Shown: piece after piece, positions 25,050-37,727 of the stretch | How the letters are laid out: each line of letters opens with the position of its first letter | How positions within the stretch are numbered: position 1 is the first letter of the stretch | NCBI RefSeq assembly: GCF_001194135.2 | Contig: NC_068998.1 | Coordinates: 51,372,663-51,432,214, forward strand | Reading direction: 5' to 3' | DNA length: 59,552 nucleotides | From: Octopus bimaculoides | Taxonomy: Eukaryota | Translations under genes and position numbers: made by a program | Notes under the pieces: generated by a model | The model's input: the letters and a program-made list of their open reading frames with translations, nothing else | What the model was told of the DNA's origin: nothing | The model's database searches: none

Positions 25050-25454
25050 AAGTATGGCATTTTTCGAAGAGGAATTTTCCTCTGCTATTAGTTTGAATTA
25101 AGCATCGTAGTAGTAGTAGTAGTGGTAGACCATGACATTCTTCTGAGATGCTTTTTCTCAAATATTTGTTTGGATAAAATTCAGTAGCAGCAGCAGCAGC
25201 AGTGTTTGCTGAAATTAGCAAACGTTCTTGATTAGGCGGGGAGTATTTACTTATAGAAAACTTATTGATCATTGATTCTACATACTTTATAGTCAGAGGG
25301 TATTTTGATGGATTTCAGAGTTAATTTCATTATTTGAAATTTGTGGAAGATATTAATAGTAGTAGTGATTAATTGCTAAGCAGTTTCATACTACTACCAA
25401 GCTTAATTTAATCTAATAGCGAAGGAAAATTCCTCTCCGAAAAATATCATACTT

Positions 25455-25550
25455 ATATGCCCTGAAGAGATCGTACTAACAATGCATAAATCGCTCCTTA
25501 TGAATATGCAACAATATGCAGCTAGTGCGATCGAAACACGTGTCAGACTA
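25455..25550 (+). ncRNA. Type I hammerhead ribozyme motif (plus-strand copy)
   Basis: CUGAAGA 25462-68; stem II GAUCGUACUA (25469-78) pairs with UAGUGCGAUC (25523-32); GAAA 25533-36; palindromic stem III ACACGUGU; GUC triplet 25542-44; stem I weak. Confidence 0.7.
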
Positions 25551-27008
25551 TTGTTATGAATAAACTGACTGGAAATAAAGAGAGTTTAAATGGTATGTAT
25601 GTTATTTATATATGAGAATGAAGAACATATATAGATATATAAGGAAAAAGTCAAGGAAGAAGATGCTAAAATAATTTTATCATAAAAAACATTTTAGTAC
25701 CGGTTTCAGTCATTGAGACTTTTTCAACTCTAGCTATGGAAAACAATTAAATTTTAGAAAAATTAAATGAAAAGTTTTTTAAAGAATATTTGCATAGTAT
25801 TCGAATACAAGGGGCATATATATGGAATTTGGAGTCAGAACGTGAAATTCCAAGTCAGAAATGTCACTAAGCATTTTACCCAACGTTCTACCGATTCTGC
25901 CAGCTCACCGCCTCAGTTAAATTACAATATTACAAAACATTTAATGAAGTATATGAATGTAGTAATGTTGACAAAACACGAACAGTTACTCGAATACAGA
26001 AATACAACTGCAAAGAAAAAGCAGAACTGAATATAGTCGTGTTAATCCATGAAATGAAAATTCATGCAAAGAATTGCGAATTTATTAAGTTTTACAATGT
26101 TCTACGTGTAGTGAAGTTCGAAAGGCCAGACATATTAAATGTTGCTAGACAAAAAAATATGAAGCTGGATATGTTATTAACGAGAGAGTTTAAAGTTCGC
26201 TTTTGAAATCATTTATTTAATCATAATGTGAAAGCGAATGCTTGAAAAGAGATGTTGATATTAGTGTGTTTATGTCAAGGATTGAGAAGGAAGCACGAGA
26301 GAATAAGAAGTGAAAATGAGGAAGACGTGCAGTCATACGGAAATACATTTGCCTTGCAGCGGCGAAAAATCATTTAATATTCACACATGATCATTCAAAT
26401 TGGGCTCCAAGTTTTAATTATTGATTTTATTCTGCAAAAAACTAATTAATACAGATAATGAATGGTCAAAAGTGATAGATGAATTGTTAAAATTATAAAT
26501 CAGTTTGTGATTGGTTAAAAGTACAAGTCATCTGCTTTTTCCATTTTCAATAAGAAAATGATGTCATCACAAATGACTTCATAGCAAAATGAAAGCTCCA
26601 GGTGAATATATATAAATATATATAAAATGTATATGTGCATATATATATATGTATATGTGTGTGTGTATGTATATATCAGAAAGAGAAAGTGAAAGAAAGA
26701 AGAGAAGATCTTGATGTTTTGTGGCCATGCAGAAGCACCGCCAATATCATCGCTTTTTCGATTGCCATTCTCTTGTGATTGGATTTTTCATCTGGGATCT
26801 CGATAAGTAGTACGATTTTATGGTCATGGTACTATTATCTGGGACTTCAGCTCTCTTGAGAATTTCCTACCACCGTCTATGGTTATGAGAAATATAATAT
26901 CTTCCGAAAAATGTGTTTAGTATGTATTTAAGTTGCATTTAATTACGTCAATCTTTCATTTGAATGTCATAAGTAATTTGGCAAATTATAATTCGAAATC
27001 TGACAGCG

Positions 27009-27050
<42 letters not shown>

Positions 27051-27586
27051 GTAATATTATATGTATATACATTTTCATTTTATTCTTTTTCTTTATTTTT
27101 TTATTTTTTTGTAAACACTTGCGTTTAGATGCACGTGTCTGCATGTATATAGGCACCTATATATAGTCATATATACATAATTACCGACATACAGAAATGA
27201 TTACATAACTATTCAAACACATAGCGTTAGGCACATGTATTCATAGATATACACATATTCAAACATGATGCATACATAGTTATACACGCATACACATATA
27301 TATATTTGTGTGTATGTATGTATGTATGTTTGTATTATGTATGAATGCATGTATATGTGTATATCTGTGAGGTGAAGCGAGTGAGTGAATGTGTGATGTG
27401 AATGTTATTTGTTACAAAGGAGAAACCATACTTAGAATACGAAGTATTTTGTTGCAAAGTAAATGTTCTTGAATTGTCGCCGCCGAGTTTCACGTTGCCG
27501 ATTATTAAAACGCTCTTAGTTTCAAGCACCTTAAAAATATATATACAAAAATATTTGTAAATGCATCTTGATATTATTAATAAGTC

Positions 27587-27791
27587 AAGGTGGCAGAATC
27601 GTTAGCACGTCGGGAAAAATATTTAGCGGCATTTTGTCCGTCTTTACGTTCAGAGTTCAAATTCCACCAGGGTCGACTTAGGCTTTCATTTTTTAGGGTC
27701 GATAAAATAAGTGCCAGTTGAGGACTGGGGTCGACGTAATCGACTCATTCCCTCCCCCGAAATTGCTGTCATGACCAAAATTTGAAACCAA
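27587..27791 (+). mobile_element. SINE-A near full length
   Basis: aggtggcagaatcgttagcacg..gagttcaaattccaccagggtcgac..gtcgataaaataagtgccagttgaggactggggtcgacgtaatcgact. Confidence 0.88.
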
Positions 27792-28715
27792 TATGATTAA
27801 TAAGTTACATCTGATTCGTTGACGCAAGACAATAGAATATGCGTCACGTATACATCTAATGAACTTCTATAGTAAAATGGGAAGAATTCGTGTGTTCACA
27901 TGACAAAGCATGTGATATTCTCATGGAGTGTGAATAGAGTTAATGCAGTGTTAGTGTTAATGAGAGCATTATTCTACAAGCATGAATCAGAAAGTCAAAC
28001 AGAATTTACTAAAAATATCAATAATGACAAATTCTCACAACATACGTACACATTCAGACACTGGAAAAAAGACCTCGACACCTCAAGGGACGAAAGTATT
28101 TCGTGTTTAGAGGATGATTCTATTAACAATTATAAACTTGATATTCTTCTATTTCACATCACGCATTCCTTTAAATTAAAGCCTATAAAAAGTGTAATAT
28201 TTCTTTCAAGGTAATTTTTACATTTCATTAAACTTTTCGGCAACTTTGAACAAAAAGTCAAAATTTATGAATGCTGGGACCAATTTCCATATAGTTGCTC
28301 ATGAATATCGATATCCCATCTGATTATACCATTATCATTCCAACAAAATAGATTTACTACACAACAGATTATAGTGACAATATGCAAGACAAGACCAATT
28401 CATAATTTTTATATTTTTGACATCCAAGTTTCTCAGACAAAACATGAATTGTATTTTGTCTGAAGATGACAAATGTGAAACTCGAGACCAGGTTTTAATA
28501 TGTGTGTGTGTTTGTGTGTATGCTTGTATGAGGAAGAGGAGGGGAATGTATATGAATGAGTGTGTGAGCGGCGTGTATGTATGTGTGTGTGTACGTACGT
28601 GTTTGTGTGTGTGAGCATAAAATATTGCATCTTTGGTAAATGTGAGGTCGAGCAAACTTTTACAACCTTATATATGTAGGTCTATATACCTGTGTATCTT
28701 TGTATATGCATGCGA

Positions 28716-28748
<33 letters not shown>

Positions 28749-29189
28749 CGTATGCGTGTGTATGTATCGAGGAAAACCATTATTTTAAAATCTCTGAGCG
28801 AGACGTAAGTAGTAACAATACTATAGAGTAAAATCTATTTTGCCAACGCAAATTGGCTGTCCTGATTAGGATGATGTTACTAATATTTTTAGTCCCAGGA
28901 AAGCATCTCTGTCTACCGACGCACAACTAATGTCTCCACCCAACCTTAAACAGTACCTACCTACCATGGTTTCGGAGTTATTTCTCTTCACCAGCACATC
29001 GATATATATGTTACGATTTTTCTCTTTTATTTAATTTGTTTTAAAGTAATAAAGTTTTTCTTTCCAAAATTAGTATTCATTTCATCATTTTGTATAAATG
29101 TCAATTAATTCGATACAGATAAGAATTTAATAGTTGCACTCATAACCATATTTTCTGCTATTACCCATGTTGGCAAATGCGTAATTTTA

Positions 29190-29520
29190 TTTTGTTTTCA
29201 CGCGGTTAATTTTAAGGCCTACCGGTGAACTACGCGTCTCTAGCTCTGTTAGCATTGTGAGCAGATGGTCTGTGGTTCTTTTGGCAACAACTGTAGTGTC
29301 ATCTACGAATCTGAAATATGTTAGTGTCTCACCTTTGATATTCACACCAACTTTCCGTTTAATGTCTCTGGTGATAATTTCTAGTCGTGCGGTATCTCCT
29401 TCATTAGAGACCTTTTCAATGAGAAATGATGCAGTTGACGATGGTAGAGCATTATCAATGGTGCATTCAGAGATCGCGTCCCTCAGTAGTTTGGCGTATA
29501 GACTGTTTGCGCCCAAGCTG
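29190..29520 (-). mobile_element. RTE-like LINE reverse transcriptase fragment
   Basis: VGVNIKGETLTYFRFVDDTTVVA...LLTMLTELETRSSPVGLKINRVKTK, matching the RTE-type GININGE.L.HLRFADD...GLKIN..KTK region. Confidence 0.85.
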
Positions 29521-29529
29521 GAGGACACA

Positions 29530-29538
29530 CACTCACAC

Positions 29539-29601
<63 letters not shown>

Positions 29602-29628
29602 TATATATATATACATATATATATATAT

Positions 29629-29663
<35 letters not shown>

Positions 29664-29760
29664 ATGCATGTATGATCTATCCTCCTGATAATCTATTTAT
29701 ATATATATAGATACATAGATAGATCGATGGATGGATAGATAGATAGAGAGATAGATAGAT
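29530..29760. repeat. (TA)n/(GT)n/(GATA)n compound microsatellite
   Basis: Direct reading. Confidence 0.95.
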
Positions 29761-30179
29761 TATGTACATTCATAATAAATATTGCCCTTTTCTGTGAATA
29801 CGATAACACCGCTGCTCATATCCCAGTATTATAATACACACATCCGTTCGTAATGCAAGGAGGTAATGTTTATACATACATGACACTGCACCAGATAATA
29901 CACCTGTAGAAATATCGAAATATTGATATAATGCCAAATTCAGTCAAATGCTAATCAAAGATCATGAATTTGAGAGTATGTTCTTGTGTTCTAGCCTGAA
30001 AGCATTCCACACCTGAATCCTATTTTTAAATCTGTGGCAGCGATTCCATAGAAAACGGAAATCAGTAACATGCAAATCAACAATGTGTATGGAAATTATA
30101 TTTCTAATGATTCATGGAGAAGTCTACGAATCATGATGATAATGGTAATAATAATAAAAAATTATGGAGTCATGGCGGT

Positions 30180-30675
<496 letters not shown>

Positions 30676-31446
30676 AGTACATGATAGTCGGTCTTCTGGT
30701 AGTAATTAGACAGACATGCATAGACATTTTCAATAATGTTTCGTAAGTATGGAATAGCTACACGCGCATATAATAAGAAGATTAATAATATAAAAGATCA
30801 GCAAGACAGAGTTTCGATTATTTATTTTTTGTTCTTTTGTTTTTTGCATATTTACCAATTGAATTATTTTTCAAATCGAAATACATTTAGTGATTTATTA
30901 ACAGAGAAATGATAGAAATTATGGATATTTTTAAAACGTTACAATATAGCAGATTTTGCAGTTGTTTGTGCTTATGTCGCCCTCTGCTCATTGTACGAAT
31001 AGATGAGTTTTTATGTACATACGTGTGTATGTGCGTGTCGCTGTGAAGAAACGTCTGTCTTAGTATATGTATACATGTATATATGCATACATTTATATGC
31101 ATATATATATATATATATATATATAATACAAGTAATATGTGAGTATATGCGTATATACGTGTATGTATGTACGTACCTATATCTACATGTATATATAGAT
31201 GCATATCTTGGTACAGGACGCCACAAGAAAACGTGGGCAAAATGAATAGCAGAACATAAAGAGAGCACAGAAAACACACAGGCCACATAGAGTACATTAA
31301 CTTCATCAGCTGCCACCATTCTAAAACTAAGCCTTTCGAAGAGTTAGGGCAAGACGCATTGTTAGAATGACTCTTCCCGCGGAAAAAATTAAATTTGTAA
31401 CACAGAGGAATACAGTGGTGAACAGAAAACTATATATATATACATT

Positions 31447-31477
<31 letters not shown>

Positions 31478-31529
31478 GAGTGTGTGTACGTTCACGTATT
31501 CTTTTTATATACGTGTATGTATTCTAGGA

Positions 31530-31628
31530 CGACTACGGGGGCACGTAACCACACCGACATCGGTTGCCAAGCGATGGTGGTGGGGACAAACACAGACACT
31601 CAAACATATACATATACACATGCCTACA

Positions 31629-31679
<51 letters not shown>

Positions 31680-31680
31680 C
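31530..31680 (-). mobile_element. SINE-B internal fragment ending in (CA)n
   Basis: acgggggcacgtaaccacaccgacatcggttgccaagcgatggtggtggggacaaacacagacac. Confidence 0.75.
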
Positions 31681-32201
31681 AGCTGACCTTGACAAATGAG
31701 TAGAATATTCCATATTCTACTAGACATGTCCGTACCGTTTTATTGCGCTTTGAATTACTAAGATCCAATCCAGTCCACTTTTGCTTATGATTTATCAAGA
31801 AATCTTTCAAGATTTATCCCCCATGTTTTCATTTTAGCTTTATTTATTCATTTACTTGCAGTTTTGAGCATATCGAGAGGACGTTTTCCTCAAGTAATCA
31901 CTTGATTAATCTAATTTAATCTCATTAAGTTATCTGTGAGATTTTTTTTTTACTTATGTATATATGCGTATGTGTTTATGTGTGTTTGACTGTGTGCGCA
32001 TGTGTGTGTATGTATGAACGTGTGTGTGTGTGCGTGCGAATTAAAGACGAGTCGCAGCGTACCTTGCAATGTGTGTCAACTGAAACGGCTGTATTTGTAA
32101 GCGATCCATGTATCACTTGTAAAAATTATCTGATAAAACGTTGATGCGTCTGGCAGAAGGTACGTCTCTGTCAGCTATGACATAATAGTTTCTATCAGCC
32201 A

Positions 32202-32226
32202 TGACGTCAATGACGTCAGTGACTCA
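32202..32226. promoter_or_regulatory. Tandem CRE-CRE-AP1 site cluster
   Basis: TGACGTCA at 32202-09 and 32211-18, TGACTCA at 32220-26, in non-repeat sequence. Confidence 0.6.
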
Positions 32227-32534
32227 AGGTTATAGCTCTGACGACAGCTTTAGTGCACGACTCCTGCTAATTAATACAGTAAAGACTGCAAGAAAAACAA
32301 ATCTGTTCGTTAGTTGAGAAAAATATATAACTGTCTCGACAGTCATTGAAACGCTTTATATTTTGTTTTACTTTGTTTGGGGTTTATTGTTTATATTTTT
32401 TTGGTTGTTTGTTTGCTGTTAGGGGCTTTGTATTTTTATTGGCATTCTTTTGTATTCTAATTCCTGCAAGTGTGTAAAGTACGTTTGTTTAGTTTTAAGA
32501 TATTTCATGACTGCAACATTATTGGAATTTTATA

Positions 32535-32640
32535 GGTGCAGCCATGGCTTTGTGGTTAAGAAACTCACTTTGCTAACACGTGGTTTCCGGTTCAATCCAA
32601 CTGCGCAGTACCTGGAGCAGGTATTTTTCTTCTCCCATTG
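32535..32640 (+). mobile_element. SINE-B-like head fragment
   Basis: ggtgcagccatggctttgtggttaagaa..ccggttcaatccaactgcgcagtacctggagcagg. Confidence 0.65.
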
Positions 32641-32679
32641 CTTCTAGGTACTATTATTGTTGTTGTTGTTGTTATTATT

Positions 32680-32906
32680 AAGCCGGTGAGCTGGCACAGT
32701 CGATAGCACGCCGGACGAAATGCTTAGCGGTGTTTCATCCGTCCTTACGGTTTGAGTTCAAATTCCGCCGAGGTCGACTTTGCCATTTAACCTTTCGGGG
32801 TCGATGAAATAAGTACCAGTGGAACACTTGGGTCGATGTAATCGACTTATCTGCCCCTCCCCCTCTCAAAAAAAAAATCTCAGGCTTTGTGCCTATAATA
32901 GAAAGG

Positions 32907-32957
<51 letters not shown>
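32680..32957 (+). mobile_element. SINE-A full length with (ATT)n tail
   Basis: ggtgagctggca..tagcacgccggacgaaatgcttagcgg..gagttcaaattccgccgaggtcgactttgcc..gtgcctataatagaaagg(att)n. Confidence 0.92.
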
Positions 32958-32958
<1 letters not shown>

Positions 32959-33075
32959 TGTTGCTGTTGTTGTTGTTTTTATCATGTTGATGATGACGTC
33001 ATTGATGTCGAACATTTCAAGTGGTGTTGGCATTGGTTCCATTTTCTGGTGGCGTATCGCTGAGCTTACGCGTTT

Positions 33076-33109
<34 letters not shown>

Positions 33110-33290
33110 CCGGGAAAACCTCAGCGTTGCACGACGGGCAAAAAGACAGAACAACATTTCTTCTGTTTTCGCGTTCTGCATCCAAATATCATCGAGGACG
33201 ACTTTTACTTTCATCTGTTCGAAGACGATCAAATAAGTACCAGTTGAGCACTGGAAACGATCAAATCGACGTAAACGCTCCTCTCTGAAT
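33110..33290 (+). mobile_element. Degenerate SINE-A
   Basis: cgaggacgacttttactttcatc..gatcaaataagtaccagttgagcactgg. Confidence 0.75.
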
Positions 33291-33319
33291 TTGCTGATCA
33301 TGCGCTAAAACCTGAAACT

Positions 33320-33385
33320 ACTACTATTATTGTAATTGCTATTGCTAATCTTCTTCTTCTTCTTCTTCTTCTTCTTCTTCTTCTT

Positions 33386-33416
<31 letters not shown>

Positions 33417-33428
33417 TCGTTATTGTTA

Positions 33429-33460
<32 letters not shown>

Positions 33461-33725
33461 TTATGTTTGACTTTTGTTTTGCATTTGTACAAGTTGGATC
33501 CAAGTCTCACCCAGAGACCTCCAGAGATAACAAGTTATTATCATTATTATTAGTAGTAATAGTATTTGTAGTAGTAGTATGACGATGATAATAATGATGA
33601 CAACGAAGGTGATGATAATCATCGTCGTCATTATCACCATCGTCGTCGTCTTTGTTATCGTTACCGCCGCGTTCGATGTTGATATTCTTGTTTTGTCACA
33701 GCGTCCATTAAAATTGCTGTCGTCA
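33320..33725. repeat. Compound trinucleotide block: (CTT)n, (ATT)n, (GAT)n, (GTC)n
   Basis: Direct reading. Confidence 0.9.
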
Positions 33726-33839
33726 TTGTCGCTGTTGCTTCTCTGTTTTTTCAACTGTCGTTTATTTTAGCTTCCATCATGAATTTCGCTCTTCTCGCAG
33801 GAATCGATGTTGTTTTTATACTCGATGATAAGGTCATAT

Positions 33840-34018
<179 letters not shown>

Positions 34019-34286
34019 TTATCAGGCATGATAAACTGTCGTGATTCGAGGTCACGTCGAAACCATACTAGTTTTCTATGCAACATCTACTCAGTGTTTG
34101 ATGTGAGCAGAGATGTTTACAGAACACTTTTTGCGCTGTGTGTGTATGTCTGAGTGGCTGTATGTGTGTGTGTGTGTGCTTAAGTGTGTATGTATGTGTC
34201 TGTGTAAGTGTGTATTTATGTGTGTGTATTACAATTAAAATTGTTTATACCTGCCTACCATACTATCCAAAGGGAATTGAAAAGTT

Positions 34287-34339
<53 letters not shown>

Positions 34340-34654
34340 ACATATATATATATATGTTTGTGTGTGTGTGTGTGTGTGGAAATACACCACACACGCATAT
34401 ATATATATATATATATATACATTTATATATATATGCGTGTGTGGTGTATTTCCACATGAACAACTTACATGTGTTCGTTAGATTATACGCATATATCAAG
34501 GTACGTTCTTCTTTCACTTGCCAAAAATGTCTGCAAGTCACCAACAGGCGTCAAGAGATACATGCAGGTCGATAGAATATATTTACCCTTTCCTTTTACC
34601 CACTCCTCATTTGACCTTCGCAACGAGAGACTTAATCATGTTTGTTACTCTTCC

Positions 34655-34822
34655 TGGCACAAGCAGGAGCGAGGTTGTTTATGGAAGACCAGCAGTTATC
34701 CATGCATACCTCCCTCCACGCCACCGATCTTATCCAAAGGGAAGGCAAAGATCGATACAGCCTGGCTCAAATGACGTCGCAATTCGACCTGGGCGCTTGT
34801 GGATGTGGTCTTGAGCAAGTAA
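34655..34822 (-). mobile_element. Probable SINE-C-related body fragment
   Basis: gcgaggttgtttatggaagaccagcag..ccacgccaccgat..gatacagc..gacgtcgcaa..gtcttgagcaa; GC-rich repeat-like segment ending in a CORE-like motif. Confidence 0.45.
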
Positions 34823-34872
34823 CTTTTTTCACGTTGCCCCAGTCTATATGTATGTATGTATGTATGTATATG

Positions 34873-35092
34873 GACGCAGGTGTGGCATGATGGGAGTCTG
34901 CTTCCCAACCACAGAGTTCACTTCCACTATAGCCATCTTGGACAAGTGTCTTGTAGCTTGCTTACAAACCACATGGTTCCGGGTTCAGTGTCCTACTGCA
35001 TGCCATGTAGGGCAAGTGTCTCCTACTATAGCCTCGGGCTGACCAAAGACTTGTGAGTGGATTTGGTAGACGAAAACTGAAAGAATATCGCC

Positions 35093-35095
<3 letters not shown>
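34873..35095 (+). mobile_element. SINE-B 5' half with duplicated head
   Basis: First head gacgcaggtgtggc..ccatcttggacaagtgtctt joins directly to a second gtagcttgcttacaaaccacatggttccgggttcag..gggcaagtgtctcctactatagcctcggg. Confidence 0.8.
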
Positions 35096-35139
<44 letters not shown>

Positions 35140-35876
35140 TGTGTGTGTGTAGGTTTGCATGTGTACGAAGGAGATGTAAACAGAGTGCATCAAAGACAAG
35201 AACAGCGCTAGAAACTGAGAAAAAAAATAAGGAAATAAAAGTTTTAAAATAATTACAAACAAGTAAAAAACGAATCGAAGAATCTTTATTAAAAATGTTA
35301 TAATAAATCGTAAAATAAACAAGACATTGATTAATTTCTCATTATAGTATTATAGCATTTTGTGAAGGTTCTGTGAGATTTTTATTATGACTGAACACTA
35401 TACGTTACGGTATTGTGTTTATTTTAAGATATTTTCGCTCGTAAACGTCATTCGTTTGACAAATATATCTTCCATTTTACGACGCTAACTTAAACGTATA
35501 TTGCACTGCTTCCGGCTCGTTTCTGACTGCTTTTCCTGCTGCTGCTACTACTACTACTACTACTACTTACAACGCTATCGGTGTGCTGTCATGTCTCGTT
35601 TATTGAGACTTGGAAAATTTTCTGTAAACTTCAGTAACATTCCTTTGCCCATTGATCGATGCTCAATAATTCCCTATGCATTGCACCATGTCTTCTCTCT
35701 CTCCTCCTCTCTCTCTCTCTTTCTCTCTCACACACATACATAACATAGACACACACGCACACACAGGTACACACATACGCTCATACTGTGTCGTTCTCTT
35801 TTCTCTCCGTCTCTCTCTCTTTCACACTCACTCTATATCATTTAACTTTATTATTCATTATATCATATATATACGT

Positions 35877-35966
<90 letters not shown>

Positions 35967-36039
35967 TTATATAGGTTTATATGTGTATATACATATATAT
36001 ACACACCCACACACACCCACACACGAACAATTGCATACG

Positions 36040-36070
<31 letters not shown>

Positions 36071-36399
36071 CGGTGAAAGCTTCACCTAGAACTACATCGA
36101 CACAAACATTTTGCAAACAAATCTTTCCTACTTAAAATGGTATGAATGGAAACTGACCAAGCCTTCTGAATTTGGATCACGTTTTGAAGCGAATAATTAA
36201 CATTAACAATATCTTGGACATATGTTGACAAGCCATATTCTATAAACCATGCGAAACGTGAAGGTAAATGGCCTCTGAGCTGGAGACAACCGTTAAAAAT
36301 AACAAATGCATCATTGACCATAGTTTTGATAGTCGTTCGTATTTCTTATGGGTATAGTTTATATAAATATGTCTGGAGATGAATGTATTAATGTAAATT

Positions 36400-36883
<484 letters not shown>

Positions 36884-37484
36884 GAAAGAAAAAGAGAGAT
36901 GATCGTATATGCTTTTATGTATCCGCGTGATTCTGGATATATAAATAAGCGTATCACTTGTTGATAATTTAGAAAACAAAGAAACAAAAATGATTCGATT
37001 GACCCGTGAAATATTTCGCACACTCTCCACCATATTCATCACCAACACCTATTGTTGTCGCCTGCGTTCATTGAACAGTAAATGTGCAAGCGGTCTAAGA
37101 GATATGACTACGAATTAATCCAAAGAGATGATCTTATAAAAGCAACCAAAACAAAATAAGTACAAAATTCCGACAGAATATGCATGCTCAAATGTCTTCA
37201 ACATGACAAACTATTATTGATAAATTCATTGTGTTATATAAATTCCGCTAAAGCGGTCATCCATGCAATTGATTAGAAGGGAACCGTTCGGTCGTTGGTT
37301 CTACGGACTTTATCTGAGTTTCTTTCTTTCATTTAGCATCATTATTTTGTTGTTTTTGCGTTTGTTAACAATTTCTGCTATTCATACGTCAATCATTTTT
37401 CAAACGTTTGTCATTTACATCGATATTATTTGATATATCATCTAATTCAGTTAATTCGCAGTTGACTGAACACTATTCAATTTT

Positions 37485-37640
37485 TTTTCTCCGTGTTTTT
37501 CTCCTTGTCTCCGTATTCTTTCTGTTGAAGAGCGTAGCTCGAAACGTCAAAAACTTTCCGTATTCCCGAGCGTCATACTAATATATACTTTTGTTATTTA
37601 CACCACCTGTCCTCGTCTGTTGTTATTATTTGTATATTCT
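37485..37640 (+). mobile_element. Penelope-like terminal repeat fragment with minimal hammerhead motif
   Basis: cttt CUGUUGA A GAGC gta GCUC GAAAC GUC aaaa (37522-48), followed by cccgagcgtcatactaata..ttatttacaccacctgtc, homologous to 44739-44830. Confidence 0.65.
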
Positions 37641-37689
37641 CCTACAAATAAATATATTATGTGTACATATATTATATATATATATATAT

Positions 37690-37726
<37 letters not shown>

Positions 37727-37727
<1 letters not shown>

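Larger units (their letters stand above)
24926..25579. mobile_element. Inverted pair of about 190-bp Penelope-pLTR-like repeats (arms 24926-25115 and 25389-25579)
   Basis: Manual alignment of the left arm to the reverse complement of the right arm gives roughly 85% identity; each arm contains a hammerhead core followed by an AATAAA-like tail. Confidence 0.8.

Noticed and set aside
33017-33301. Protein-looking minus-strand ORF (KVKVVLDDIWMQNAKTEEMLFCLFARR)
   Set aside because: It is the antisense of a degenerate SINE-A plus a (GTT)n repeat.
35565-35690. Minus-strand GTAAGT donor after a GA-rich region (possible 5' UTR exon)
   Set aside because: Poor exon-side consensus; GTAAGT is frequent by chance in AT-rich DNA.
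36082-36321. 79-aa minus-strand non-repeat ORF
   Set aside because: No recognisable motif or convincing splice sites; length within chance expectation.
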